Assembly: GCA_943787465.1 (NCBI GenBank)
Contig: CALSMN010000008.1
Coordinates: forward strand, 84-64,083
Origin: an uncultured Bacteroidia bacterium
Lineage (GTDB): Bacteria; Bacteroidota; Bacteroidia; NS11-12g; UBA9320
Reading direction: 5' to 3'
Length of the DNA stretch: 64,000 nt
Shown: positions 52,056 through 62,225 of the stretch, piece by piece
Position numbering within the stretch: the stretch's first letter is position 1
How the letters are laid out: the number at the start of each line of letters is the position of its first letter
Notes under the pieces: generated by a model
Database searches by the model: none
What the model saw: only the letters and a program-made list of their open reading frames with translations
What the model was told of the DNA's origin: nothing
Program-made: the position numbers and the translations under genes

Positions 52056-52077
52056 GATTTTTTACCATCCATTTCAT

Positions 52078-55000
52078 TTACCGAATAAGGGTAATGGTAC
52101 CGGTATAGGTGTATACTTCGTCATTCAGAGCGGTTACGTTCAGTTGGTAAGCGTAGACATCTTGTTGAGCGGGCTGTCCTTTATACATACCGTTCCATTT
52201 TTCGTTAACGTCATTGGTGATAAACATAATTTCACCCCATCGGTCAAAGACAATAAGTTCCATTGTTTTTTCTCCACTAATGATTGCTTTAAATCCTTCA
52301 TTTTGATTAGGGCCGGATGCATTTGGTGTAAATGCATTGGGGATAAATACGATCAAATCTGGACCAATGACCACGCATGAGTTAAATTCATCGGAGCATC
52401 CTTTATTGGTAGTTACTTTGAGGTTTACACAATACTCTGCGGTATCGGTAGGGTAATAGTGCGATGGATTTTCTTCAGAGGATACGTCATCTGAGGAATT
52501 CGGGTCACCAAAATCCCAATCAAACTGATCAATGACACTACCATTAATAGGGTCAACGGTACTCGTATTGGTAAATATAAAACGAGGAAGAGCCGCCGTA
52601 GTGTAATTATTGGGGTTAGGCACAAAGCTAGCTATCGGAATAGGATTGATAAGTACAGAGTTAGTGATGGTCGTATCACAACCTTTATCAGAGGTGACCA
52701 CCAAAGTGATGATAGCTTGACCATCATTGGTATAAGTCACGGTATTATTAGCTAAGTTGGCACTGTTTCCATTGCCTAAATTCCAAGCATATGTTGCAGT
52801 AACAGGGTCAATCTCGTTGTTAAACACCACACCCAAATCCGTAGTTACAGGATTACAACCCTCGGGGTTACTATTGGTAATGGTAGCCTCAGGAATAGGG
52901 TTAATGATAATTTCAAAAGAGCCATTGACATCCGAGCAAGAAGCAAGCCCTCCAGCATTAGCTCCAATTCTAAAGGTATCTGCTTTTTGATTTTGTAGCG
53001 TAAGAGTGATGATACCTTCGCCTAATGTATTATCAATAGCACCCGCATTAATACGATCTCTATTGCCATAAATATTGGTAGGGATCCAAATTAGGCTGGA
53101 GTTGTTGGTAGCCGAAATAGGAAGGGTAAGAGGCATAACCATTTCTCCTTTATTGCGACAGTATACGGCATTGGTAGGTAGGGATATGGTTGGTTTAGGA
53201 TCTACCTGAGCATCAATGGAGTCTACATTGCTACAACCCGTAGAAGCATCGGTATAGTTATAGTATAGATTAATGATATCTCCGTTACCCACAAGTGCTG
53301 CAGAACTGGGGCTAAATTTGTTTCCACCTACAATAGCTGAGGGGTCGTTACTAGACCAAGCACCTCCGGCAGGCGTAGCGTTTAGGGTTACATCAGCAGC
53401 TGTTTCACATAGGCGTTTAGGGGTAAGTGGAGTCAGGTTGATGGCTGGCAGTGGGTTGATACGTAGGGTAGTATCCTTAAAGGTGGGACAACCCGTAGCC
53501 GTATGCGTGTATCTAATTTTCCATGAGTTTGGAGTAATGTTTGAGTTAGCCATGGGCACACTATTGAAAGTGTTGATGGAGTTGTTGGATATTCCTCCTA
53601 GGTCGTTGGTATCACGGTAAGTAGTAGGTACATCTACTACAGACCAAATACCATCGGTTAGGTTTACATCCATCAGATTATTTAAGTCAACGACTCCTTC
53701 GTCATAACATAAATCTCTGTGAGCAGAGAAGGTAAGTTTAGGTACTTTAGAAACTTCGATAGAAACGGTATCCTTGGCTCTACATCCAAATCGATTGACG
53801 TATGTAAATTCAAGGACAATAGTATCGGTATTACTATTTTGGATAGTGTAGACAGATTCGTCGAGTTTTAGCCAGTAATCAGGGGCAAACTGAGATCCTC
53901 TATTTTCGAGCATATCGGCAAAGAATCGGTTATTCGTAGAATTAGAGTCCAAGCATTTCCAGGAAGGAGAACCCAGCGAGGTGTTCGAAGGGCTAATGAC
54001 TACATCATCATCTAAACGAATAGCTCCAATATCTTGGCAGTACACTCGATCTTGAAGGATCATTTTAGGTAAACTATTAATGGTAATACGTATGGAGTCT
54101 TTATTGACACAAAGTGTGTTGGGTTCGGTGTAGGTGTATACAGCATACTTATCAATGGAAGCAGCAGGAGCAACGATCAAACCGCACCCTGCATCGGTAT
54201 CAAAAGTTCCACCAGAGATGAGGCTAGGAGTAGAGGTACAGCTCCAAAACCCTGTAGTTGGATTACCGGCTGGAGTGGTCAGTTTAAAGCCAAGACTAAT
54301 AGGGCCATAATCGCAGCAAACGGATTCGTCGGTACCGAGTACAATATTGGGCAAGGGATTGACAAAAACCTTCATGGTATCATCATCGAAACATTCAACA
54401 CCCCCTTGGGTGATGTAAAGTTCTAGTCGATAATCTTCATCATCGGTGGCAACAATATCGTATTGATCATTGGTTCCAAGGATGACGGTATTGATATTGG
54501 TAGGGGTAATATCGGACCATCGATAGAGTCCAGTATTAGAATTGCCGGCGGTATCCATGCCTTGAGCACGCAGTAGGATAGTTTCGTTGAGACACAAGGT
54601 GGTATCATTGCCAGCAAAAGCTGTGACGGTGTCGTTGACGTTCAAGAACATCGTATCGGTATCCATGCAATTGAGGCTGTCAATAACTTTTATAACATAG
54701 ATACCTGCTTTGTGTATGGTGACACTATCCTTGGTGTCAAATAATACACCATTATGATACCATTCTTTAAATAAGGTATCCCCTTGAACAAGTGTATCTC
54801 CCATAATTGGATCGACCCAATATGCTGAATCTAAATTAGGTACAATGAGAATACTATCGTAAGAGCATATACGTGGATCTGGAGGCAGCTTAGCTAAGGG
54901 ATTTGACTTTAAAAATACCTGAACAGTATCTTCAGCTGAACAGCCGGATGCATCTTTGATGAAGATACTGACTGCAGTATCATATTGGACATTGGGTATA

Positions 55001-56775
55001 GAAAGTAAGAACGAATCTTTATTATTTGTAGTGTCAGCGGTTGCATTTTTAAGGAATGTTCCATCATTAGTCACACCCATGGTACTCCATTGATAAGTCA
55101 CAGGTGCGTTGTAATTACTGAGGTAAGGTTTAAATAAAATATCCGTTCCAGCACATACAAAGGTGTCTTGACCAATAGATAGATCTGCCTCTAAAAGTGG
55201 GGGCACAACGAGCGTATCAACAAAAGTACTAGGACAATTGATAGGACTATTATTTAATGCAAGTTGAATGTAATACAGTCCGCCTTTTTTAAATTGAATG
55301 GTGTCTTGTTTTGAGGTACTTAGAAAATTTCCAGTTTTCTTGAAAGAAGCTATTTTCCTACTGAACACAATATTATTATTAGAGTCTAATATAGTCCAAT
55401 TGTACGAAGCAGTACCTTTAAATCCGTCACTTAAAACAGCTTCGATAGGATACACCCCACAATCCATGGTATCGATATCAATGGTTGCCTGAGCACGAGG
55501 CTTTACCTTGATACGGAATGCACGAACAGAAACAGCATTCAGTGGACATGCATCATCTCTTGCGGTTACTGTAAAGGAATAGGGAAGGTTACTAGCTTGA
55601 CCCGCACCGGGTGTCCAACAAAATCTACCAGTTTGAAGACGAGCAGTAGGATTGGTTACCGTGAATGTAGCTCCAGGAATACCTTTATTCCAACTTATAG
55701 TAACTGTATCTGGAGCAGGCAACGGAGCAGGTGGAGGAGGAACAAACTGGGGGTCATTTGTTGTGATATTGAAACAAAGTTGACTTCCTTCACAAACGTC
55801 ATAGGTATAGGGACCATTTACAATGGGCGGTTTATTCCCGGGGCACGATTTGACAATAAATTGCATATCCCGTCGGGTTTTACCAATAACTTCATATTTG
55901 CCTTTTGCATTTTTACGCCATTCGGTAATTTCGATGACTGCCACCGTAACCTCACTACAGTTAGTAGGCGTGAGAACAATATCGCCAGTTAATGGATCGA
56001 GGTAAAGCCCTATAGGTGGATTTCCACCAGGGATAGGTGCTCCTCCGTTGGGTCGAGGATCATATACGGTAAATGGATTTAAATAGGTAAACTGACCACT
56101 ATATGATGTATTGTTATTATACCCACGTTGTGGATTAGCCCAAGCGTAGGACAGTGAGTCAAAGTTGGCTGTATCTAGTGCTCCATTATTAAAATAAAAC
56201 GGTTGATCACAGCATAGAATTGCTATAGGTTCAGAAGTAAGAGCAGGTGATGTATTACAGGGCGCTTTATTCAAATCAATAGTACAATCGGTGTATAGTG
56301 TACCGCTGGGACCTGTTGTGATGGCTCCATTTCGAGCATTAATAGCTCCACCAATTACAATTTGACCAGAACATTTGGCTAAAGCACTGAGTGGAGAAGT
56401 ATTAAAGTCTAATGTACCAGTGTAGGTATGTTCTTCAACTCCTTCTCCAGTTCCGTATGTGTTGGAAGGTTTACATCTTGATGGTTCAGTGGCACATACA
56501 GGAGTAATTTCTCGTATAGATTTAAGAGTAAGAGTAGCAGTTCTACTACCTCCAGAAGTACAACGGATAGTTAATGCTCCTCCGTTATTAAGACCAATAC
56601 CTCTGCAATCTCGGTACCATTTTAAGGTGATTTCAAATTTTAAGGTATCGACACAACGATAAGTAATGTCAGCTCCCATCATGTGGGTGGCTTTAGCGCT
56701 TTGTGAGAAAAAAATAAACGGGATCAAAAACAAAAAAGGAATTAATCGCCTGTGTAAAAATTTTGCCATGCTCAA
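52078..56775 (-). CDS. Large Cys-rich surface protein with PKD/Ig-like repeats and a T9SS type-B (gliding motility-associated) CTD
   Basis: Signal peptide then HMMGADITYRC...YRDC; repeated Y.Y....GC...D.. modules; WDFGD PKD; CTD VFIPNAFTPN...FDRWGE...WNG...GTITLIR. Confidence 0.9.
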   Translation of the reverse strand: MSMAKFLHRRLIPFLFLIPFIFFSQSAKATHMMGADITYRCVDTLKFEITLKWYRDCRGIGLNNGGALTIRCTSGGSRTATLTLKSIREITPVCATEPSRCKPSNTYGTGEGVEEHTYTGTLDFNTSPLSALAKCSGQIVIGGAINARNGAITTGPSGTLYTDCTIDLNKAPCNTSPALTSEPIAILCCDQPFYFNNGALDTANFDSLSYAWANPQRGYNNNTSYSGQFTYLNPFTVYDPRPNGGAPIPGGNPPIGLYLDPLTGDIVLTPTNCSEVTVAVIEITEWRKNAKGKYEVIGKTRRDMQFIVKSCPGNKPPIVNGPYTYDVCEGSQLCFNITTNDPQFVPPPPAPLPAPDTVTISWNKGIPGATFTVTNPTARLQTGRFCWTPGAGQASNLPYSFTVTARDDACPLNAVSVRAFRIKVKPRAQATIDIDTMDCGVYPIEAVLSDGFKGTASYNWTILDSNNNIVFSRKIASFKKTGNFLSTSKQDTIQFKKGGLYYIQLALNNSPINCPSTFVDTLVVPPLLEADLSIGQDTFVCAGTDILFKPYLSNYNAPVTYQWSTMGVTNDGTFLKNATADTTNNKDSFLLSIPNVQYDTAVSIFIKDASGCSAEDTVQVFLKSNPLAKLPPDPRICSYDSILIVPNLDSAYWVDPIMGDTLVQGDTLFKEWYHNGVLFDTKDSVTIHKAGIYVIKVIDSLNCMDTDTMFLNVNDTVTAFAGNDTTLCLNETILLRAQGMDTAGNSNTGLYRWSDITPTNINTVILGTNDQYDIVATDDEDYRLELYITQGGVECFDDDTMKVFVNPLPNIVLGTDESVCCDYGPISLGFKLTTPAGNPTTGFWSCTSTPSLISGGTFDTDAGCGLIVAPAASIDKYAVYTYTEPNTLCVNKDSIRITINSLPKMILQDRVYCQDIGAIRLDDDVVISPSNTSLGSPSWKCLDSNSTNNRFFADMLENRGSQFAPDYWLKLDESVYTIQNSNTDTIVLEFTYVNRFGCRAKDTVSIEVSKVPKLTFSAHRDLCYDEGVVDLNNLMDVNLTDGIWSVVDVPTTYRDTNDLGGISNNSINTFNSVPMANSNITPNSWKIRYTHTATGCPTFKDTTLRINPLPAINLTPLTPKRLCETAADVTLNATPAGGAWSSNDPSAIVGGNKFSPSSAALVGNGDIINLYYNYTDASTGCSNVDSIDAQVDPKPTISLPTNAVYCRNKGEMVMPLTLPISATNNSSLIWIPTNIYGNRDRINAGAIDNTLGEGIITLTLQNQKADTFRIGANAGGLASCSDVNGSFEIIINPIPEATITNSNPEGCNPVTTDLGVVFNNEIDPVTATYAWNLGNGNSANLANNTVTYTNDGQAIITLVVTSDKGCDTTITNSVLINPIPIASFVPNPNNYTTAALPRFIFTNTSTVDPINGSVIDQFDWDFGDPNSSDDVSSEENPSHYYPTDTAEYCVNLKVTTNKGCSDEFNSCVVIGPDLIVFIPNAFTPNASGPNQNEGFKAIISGEKTMELIVFDRWGEIMFITNDVNEKWNGMYKGQPAQQDVYAYQLNVTALNDEVYTYTGTITLIR

Positions 56776-56951
56776 GATTGTTAGTTACAGTATTGCAAGT
56801 TACATTAAATTATATTAAAAGTAAAATTTTCAAACCAAAAACTTACAGAAAAAAGAATATCAGAAAAATTTTCAAATGCATTCACCTAGACATCCATTTC
56901 TGATTTGTAATAAGTTGATTTATAATCCAAAAAGTGCAAATTTGCATGATA

Positions 56952-58025
56952 ATGAAATGTATTTCTAGTGATGAATTATCCATCTTTTGCAAGCAATTAT
57001 TTTCTGTATTAGGAGCAAATGAAAATGATGCTATAACAGCTAGTGACGTGTTAATTTCTGCGGATCTTCGTGGTGTTGACAGTCATGGCGTTTCTCGTTT
57101 AACCGGATATGTTAATTTATGGGAATCTGGAAGAATCAACATGAATCCAGAGGTAAGAATTATCCGTGAAAATAAATCAACATTTACCATTGATGGAGAC
57201 CGTGGATTAGGTTTGGTTGTAGCCCCGAGAGCAATGGATATGGCTATTGATCGCGCGAAAATATATGGATCAGGTTGGAGTGCAATTCAAAATAGTAATC
57301 ATTTTGGAATAGCAGGATATCATGCGATGAAAGCGCTCAGTCACGATATGATTGGAATGGCCATGACTAATGCCACTCCCTTTATTCCTCCAACCCATGG
57401 TAAAGAGCCGATGCTAGGGACAAACCCTATTGCATATGCATTTCCTGCAGGGGAGCAACAACCTCTAGTTATGGATCTGGCCACATCATCAGTGGCTCGA
57501 GGAAAAATTGAAATTGCGCGTAGGGAAAATAAACATATACCATTGGGTTGGATGTTAGATAAGCATGGAAATCCTAGTCAAAATATTGATGAGCTCAAAG
57601 ATGGAGGTATGTTGACACCACTAGGTAGTCTAGAAGAATTAGGAAGTCATAAAGGTTATGCGTTAGGTAGTTTTGTTGATATTCTATCGGGAGTTTTATC
57701 GGGTGCAAATTTTGGGAAATGGGTTCCTCCATTTGTTAGTTTTTTACCCCTTTTACCTGAACTTCCCGGTAAAGGGTTGGGTCATTTTGTGGGTGCTATG
57801 GAAGTGGATGGTTTTCGATCGGTTGAGGAATTTAAGTTGAATATGGATGTATGGATTTCGTCTTTTAAAAATGCAAAACGTATTGATGAAAATCAGCCTA
57901 TATATGTGCCTGGTGAAAAAGAATTTAATATCGAGAAAGAACGCTCAATTACAGGAATTCCTCTTAATGATCAGGTCTTTAGAGATCTTGAAGAATTGAG
58001 TAAAAAGTTTCATATTAAACTATAG
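56952..58025 (+). CDS. Ldh_2 family NAD(P)-dependent oxidoreductase (malate/L-lactate dehydrogenase type 2)
   Basis: ADLRGVDSHG, NSNHFG, GTNPIA, DLATS, HKGY, PGE. Exact start among 56934/56946/56952 uncertain. Confidence 0.9.
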   Translation: MKCISSDELSIFCKQLFSVLGANENDAITASDVLISADLRGVDSHGVSRLTGYVNLWESGRINMNPEVRIIRENKSTFTIDGDRGLGLVVAPRAMDMAIDRAKIYGSGWSAIQNSNHFGIAGYHAMKALSHDMIGMAMTNATPFIPPTHGKEPMLGTNPIAYAFPAGEQQPLVMDLATSSVARGKIEIARRENKHIPLGWMLDKHGNPSQNIDELKDGGMLTPLGSLEELGSHKGYALGSFVDILSGVLSGANFGKWVPPFVSFLPLLPELPGKGLGHFVGAMEVDGFRSVEEFKLNMDVWISSFKNAKRIDENQPIYVPGEKEFNIEKERSITGIPLNDQVFRDLEELSKKFHIKL

Positions 58026-58636
58026 ATTTTATTCCAAGATAGCGGGGCGTTTTCTTGGTATAGTCGAGATAGTTTTGTCCATGCTTTGATGTCAAATACG
58101 CCTCTTCTAATCTAATTTGTAGCGTAATCAGCATCCATTCTATTATCCATAAAAACAAGGTCAGGATGTTAGGTAAAATGAGAAAAAGGCTCAAAAAAAT
58201 TCCTGTCAAACATACAAAGAATGGATTTCTTGAATACCCAAAAATTCCATGGGTAATTCATGTTGTTTTACTCGTATAATCAATACCCATTCTCCAGCTA
58301 TTTTTCATTTCTTTTTGGCTCAGGATTGCTAGAATAGAGCAGATAGTCAGGCAGATTAATCCCAAATATATAAATGCATTTTGCTTAATGAACTTAATTG
58401 GATGTAGGTGATTCATACTACTGGGATAAATTCCTTGGATAACAAGGGATATGATGGTGGTATAATGAACTACTTTGAAATACATACCCAACAAACTTTG
58501 GATAGTGTCATCTTTTGGAAGTTGGTTGATAACCGCATTTGTTTTTTCTGAAATACGTTTGTTTTGGATAACATAAACGTAATAAAAAAAACAGGACGAT
58601 ATAGATTGGAAGAGCATAAGCAATGAGTTGATTCAT
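58015..58636 (-). pseudogene. Isoprenylcysteine-carboxyl-methyltransferase/PEMT-family membrane protein with two lesions
   Basis: ATG 58636 (MNQLIAYALPIYIVLFF), +1 shift in a T8 run (~58584-58591), then ...SWRMGID...KTT, in-frame TGA (58260-58258), ITHGIFGYSRNP...QIRLEEAYL...Y..Y..KTPRY. Confidence 0.8.
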
Positions 58637-58685
58637 AGAGAAAAAATATTGATTAATTTCGCAATAAATTTAGTATCGAATACCC

Positions 58686-60743
58686 ATGAAAAAAACATTT
58701 CTTTTTATAGTAGCTATTTCAATAATATATGCCTGCAAAAGCAGACAAGGTATAAGTCAAGTTGAAGTGTCAACTCAAATGGAAAATTCAATAGACGAAA
58801 ACCGTTTTGCAGATTTGAAAATACTCAGTTACGATGCATCGGGTATAAATGACTTATCAACCAAACAAAAAGAGTTGGTCTATTATTTGTCTCAGGCTGC
58901 TTTGAGTGGGAGGGAAATTATCTATGCTCAAAATTACAAGCATAATATCCAATTAAAACGAATTTTTGAAACCATTTACAAAACGTATTCGGGAGATAAA
59001 ACATCAACGGACTGGAAGAATTTTGAAATTTATTTGAAACGATTCTGGTTTTCAAATGGGATTCATCATCATTATGCAGAGAAAAAGTTTTTACCGGATT
59101 TTTCACAAGACTATTTCCTTGAATTATTTAATAATAGCTCCTTCCTTTTTGCACCAATGCTCAAAGGAGAAACAAAAGAGGATATGTTAGCTAAATTATT
59201 GCCTGTGATTTTTGATCCTACAATAGATGCTAAGAAAGTAGTAAAAGATAAAGGGGTAGATAAAGTAGCATTGAGTGCAAACAACTACTATGGTGAAGGA
59301 GTTACGGAGGCAGAGGCTATCGCTCATTATGCTAAAATGGGTACATCAGGAGAGAAAACCCCCGTAGAGTATGGTTTGAATTCTCGATTAGTTAGAAGAA
59401 ATGGTCAATTGGTTGATTTAATATACAAATCTGGGGGTCTATACGGTAATGCCATAGATCGCATTATTTATTGGTTGCAAAAAGCAAAAACAGTAGCCGA
59501 AAATCAAGCTCAAGCAAATCATATAGGGATGTTAATCGATTATTTTACAACGGGAGATTTGAAACAATGGGATGCAACTAACATCAACTGGCTCAAAAGT
59601 ACCGATGGAGATATTGATTTTATTTTAGGTTTCATTGAAGTATATGGAGATGCTATAGGATATAAAGGAGCCTACGAGTCAGTTATTCAAATGAATGACA
59701 AAGAAGCATCCAAAAGAATGGCTGTTCTAAGTGAAAATGCTCAATATTTTGAGGATCATAGCTCCATCATGGAAGCGCACAAAAAAGAAAATGTGGTAGG
59801 GGTTAGTTACCGAGTAATTAATGCTGCCATGGAGGCTGGAGATGCAGCACCTTCCACACCTATTGGAATAAATCTACCCAATAGTAATTGGATTAGAAGT
59901 ACCCATGGAAGTAAATCAATCAGTCTTGGAAATATTGTTGAGGCTTATAATTCATCGGGAGGGAATAGTTCTTTAAATGAGTTTTACTTTGATGAAAATG
60001 TTAGAGCTAGAATCAAAAAACATGGCAAACTGAGTAGTAAAATGCATACGGCGATGCATGAAGTTATTGGTCACGCATCTGGTAAAATCAATGATGGGGT
60101 TGGTACTCCCAAAGAAACGCTTAAAAACTATAGTAATACTTTAGAAGAAGCTAGAGCAGATCTAGTTGCTTTATACTATATCTATGACCAAAAGTTAGTT
60201 GACCTAGGCTTAATGCCAAGTATAGAGGTCGGTATGGCTGAATATGATAGCTATATTGCCAATGGTATGATGCTTCAGTTGAGAAGATTGGAGGAGGGTG
60301 AAAATATCGAAGAAGATCACATGCGAAATAGACAATTGAATGCCTCTTGGGCCTATGAAAAAGGGTTGAAAGATAATGTGATCGAAAAGAAAATCATGGA
60401 TAATAAAACATATTTTGTGATTCATGATTATGCTAAACTACGTGTAATTTTTGGAGAGCTATTGCGTGAAATTCAACGCATAAAATCTGAAGGTGATTAT
60501 GTCGCTGCTGAAGCATTAGTAGAAGGGTATGGTGTACAAGTTGATGCAGCAATCCATAAAGAAGTATTAAACCGATATGAAAGTTTAGATTTAGCTCCAT
60601 ACAGTGGTTTTGTTCAACCAAAGTTGGTTGCGGAATATGATAATGAGGGTCGCTTCATTGACTTGAAAGTAACTAGTGAGGGATATGTAGAGCAAATGAT
60701 ACGTTTTGGAGAAGAGTATGCTTTTGTATATCCTGGTGAATAA
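58686..60743 (+). CDS. Dipeptidyl-peptidase III (peptidase M49), lipoprotein
   Basis: Lipobox IYAC, GINLPN, GSKS, HEVIGH zinc motif, EEARAD. Confidence 0.92.
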   Translation: MKKTFLFIVAISIIYACKSRQGISQVEVSTQMENSIDENRFADLKILSYDASGINDLSTKQKELVYYLSQAALSGREIIYAQNYKHNIQLKRIFETIYKTYSGDKTSTDWKNFEIYLKRFWFSNGIHHHYAEKKFLPDFSQDYFLELFNNSSFLFAPMLKGETKEDMLAKLLPVIFDPTIDAKKVVKDKGVDKVALSANNYYGEGVTEAEAIAHYAKMGTSGEKTPVEYGLNSRLVRRNGQLVDLIYKSGGLYGNAIDRIIYWLQKAKTVAENQAQANHIGMLIDYFTTGDLKQWDATNINWLKSTDGDIDFILGFIEVYGDAIGYKGAYESVIQMNDKEASKRMAVLSENAQYFEDHSSIMEAHKKENVVGVSYRVINAAMEAGDAAPSTPIGINLPNSNWIRSTHGSKSISLGNIVEAYNSSGGNSSLNEFYFDENVRARIKKHGKLSSKMHTAMHEVIGHASGKINDGVGTPKETLKNYSNTLEEARADLVALYYIYDQKLVDLGLMPSIEVGMAEYDSYIANGMMLQLRRLEEGENIEEDHMRNRQLNASWAYEKGLKDNVIEKKIMDNKTYFVIHDYAKLRVIFGELLREIQRIKSEGDYVAAEALVEGYGVQVDAAIHKEVLNRYESLDLAPYSGFVQPKLVAEYDNEGRFIDLKVTSEGYVEQMIRFGEEYAFVYPGE

Positions 60744-60749
60744 ATTTAT

Positions 60750-60890
60750 ATGTCTAATAAATTTTTGAAGATAGTGATATTACTTGGGTTCGTCTCTGTT
60801 TTTGTTGGTTCAGCAATTTGGATGTACAAAAACTATGTGGTACCCAATAGTCCCTATCACACCGAGCTTAAACTTCGAGGGAGTAAGTGA
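60750..60890 (+). CDS. Unannotated 46-aa single-pass membrane protein
   Basis: MSNKFLKIVILLGFVSVFVGSAIWMYKNYVVPNSPYHTELKLRGSK fills the dpp3-ung gap. ATG is 6 nt after the dpp3 stop; TGA overlaps the ung GTG (GTGA). Confidence 0.65.
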   Translation: MSNKFLKIVILLGFVSVFVGSAIWMYKNYVVPNSPYHTELKLRGSK

Positions 60891-61564
60891 AAATAGCATT
60901 ACCTTCTTGTTGGAGAAATGTGCTTCGTGTTGAGATGGAAGCTGCGTATTTTAGGAAATTATGTTCATTTATTGATCAAAAGCGTGATGAAAAAGTACCC
61001 ATTTTTCCGTTGGAGGAGGAGGTATTTTTTGCGTTCAATCAAACACCATTACAACAGGTTAAAGTGGTCATTGTAGGGCAAGATCCATATCATGGAGAAA
61101 ATCAGGCTCATGGTCTTTGCTTTTCAGTAAGAAAAGGAAATAAAATTCCTCCTTCACTTCGAAATATATTTAAAGAATTAGAGACAGATATATCGTGCAG
61201 AATTCCCAATCATGGAGATTTGACTGCTTGGACACGTCAAGGTATTTTTTTATTAAATAGCATTCTTACGGTTGAACAAAAATCACCCAAAAGCCATGAA
61301 AATAAAGGTTGGGAAATTTTCACAGATCACGTAATTCAGATTCTTTCTGACCAGCATGAAAGAATAGCTTTTATATTGTGGGGTGAATATGCTCAAAAGA
61401 AGAAAAAATATATTGATGAACTCAAACATTTGATTATTGAGTCGCCCCATCCTGCTGCTGAAATATATACAGGAGGCAAAGCAGGTTTTTTTGGAAGCAA
61501 ACCTTTTTCAAAAGTAAATTCATTTTTGAGTAATCCTATTAACTGGACTTTAGATGACTTATAA
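60887..61564 (+). CDS. ung: Uracil-DNA glycosylase, family 1
   Basis: VKVVIVGQDPYHG, HGLCFSV, PPSLRNIFKEL, LLNSILTV, SH..KGWE, LWG..AQ. Confidence 0.96.
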   Translation: MKIALPSCWRNVLRVEMEAAYFRKLCSFIDQKRDEKVPIFPLEEEVFFAFNQTPLQQVKVVIVGQDPYHGENQAHGLCFSVRKGNKIPPSLRNIFKELETDISCRIPNHGDLTAWTRQGIFLLNSILTVEQKSPKSHENKGWEIFTDHVIQILSDQHERIAFILWGEYAQKKKKYIDELKHLIIESPHPAAEIYTGGKAGFFGSKPFSKVNSFLSNPINWTLDDL

Positions 61565-62224
61565 GCTATTTTCTGAGTTCGTAGATTGTCCAATCCATAA
61601 TTCAGTGAATTTTTCAACAAATTGATCCTTGAATTCATCCATTGTACAATTATTCTTTTCATTTTTAATGGATGTGACTTGTTTGTCAGATATACCACAG
61701 GGAATGATATAATTGAAATAATCAAGATTAGTGGATATATTCAGGGCAAATCCGTGCATACTTACTCCATTTTTGATGCGTATACCAATAGCTCCAATTT
61801 TTCTTGGAATCTCATTTTTATTACCCACCCAAATCCCAGTTAAACCCTCAATTTGATACGCTTTGATTTTGAAATGAGCTAAGGTGTTTATTATAGAATC
61901 TTCCAAGATTTCTACATACTTTCTCACCCCAACTCCTATTTTTCGTAAGTTAATGATAGGATAACAGACTAGCTGGCCTGGACCATGATAGGTAATATCT
62001 CCGCCCCGATCAGTTTGATGAAGAGTTGCCCCTATGCTAGTTAGAAGATTAGGTTTTAATAATAAATGAGTCGCATTTGCACTTTTACCTAATGTGAAAA
62101 CATGATCATGTTGACAAAATAAAAGGGAATTTTGCTCACCATTTAGTATATTATGATGAGTTGTTTGCTGGATTTTTAAGGCATCCGTATATTGAATTAG
62201 TCCTATGTTTTTAACGTCAAACAA
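61559..62224 (-). CDS. lipB: Octanoyltransferase LipB
   Basis: HVFTLGK, DRGGDITYHGPGQLVCYPI, KIGAIG, HGFALN, IIPCG. Confidence 0.96.
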   Translation of the reverse strand: MFDVKNIGLIQYTDALKIQQTTHHNILNGEQNSLLFCQHDHVFTLGKSANATHLLLKPNLLTSIGATLHQTDRGGDITYHGPGQLVCYPIINLRKIGVGVRKYVEILEDSIINTLAHFKIKAYQIEGLTGIWVGNKNEIPRKIGAIGIRIKNGVSMHGFALNISTNLDYFNYIIPCGISDKQVTSIKNEKNNCTMDEFKDQFVEKFTELWIGQSTNSENSL

Positions 62225-62225
62225 A

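Noticed and set aside
58258-58260. In-frame TGA as selenocysteine or genetic-code reassignment
   Set aside because: The position corresponds to Leu rather than Cys/Trp, the gene has a second lesion, TGA ends other genes here normally, and tRNA-Trp has a CCA anticodon.
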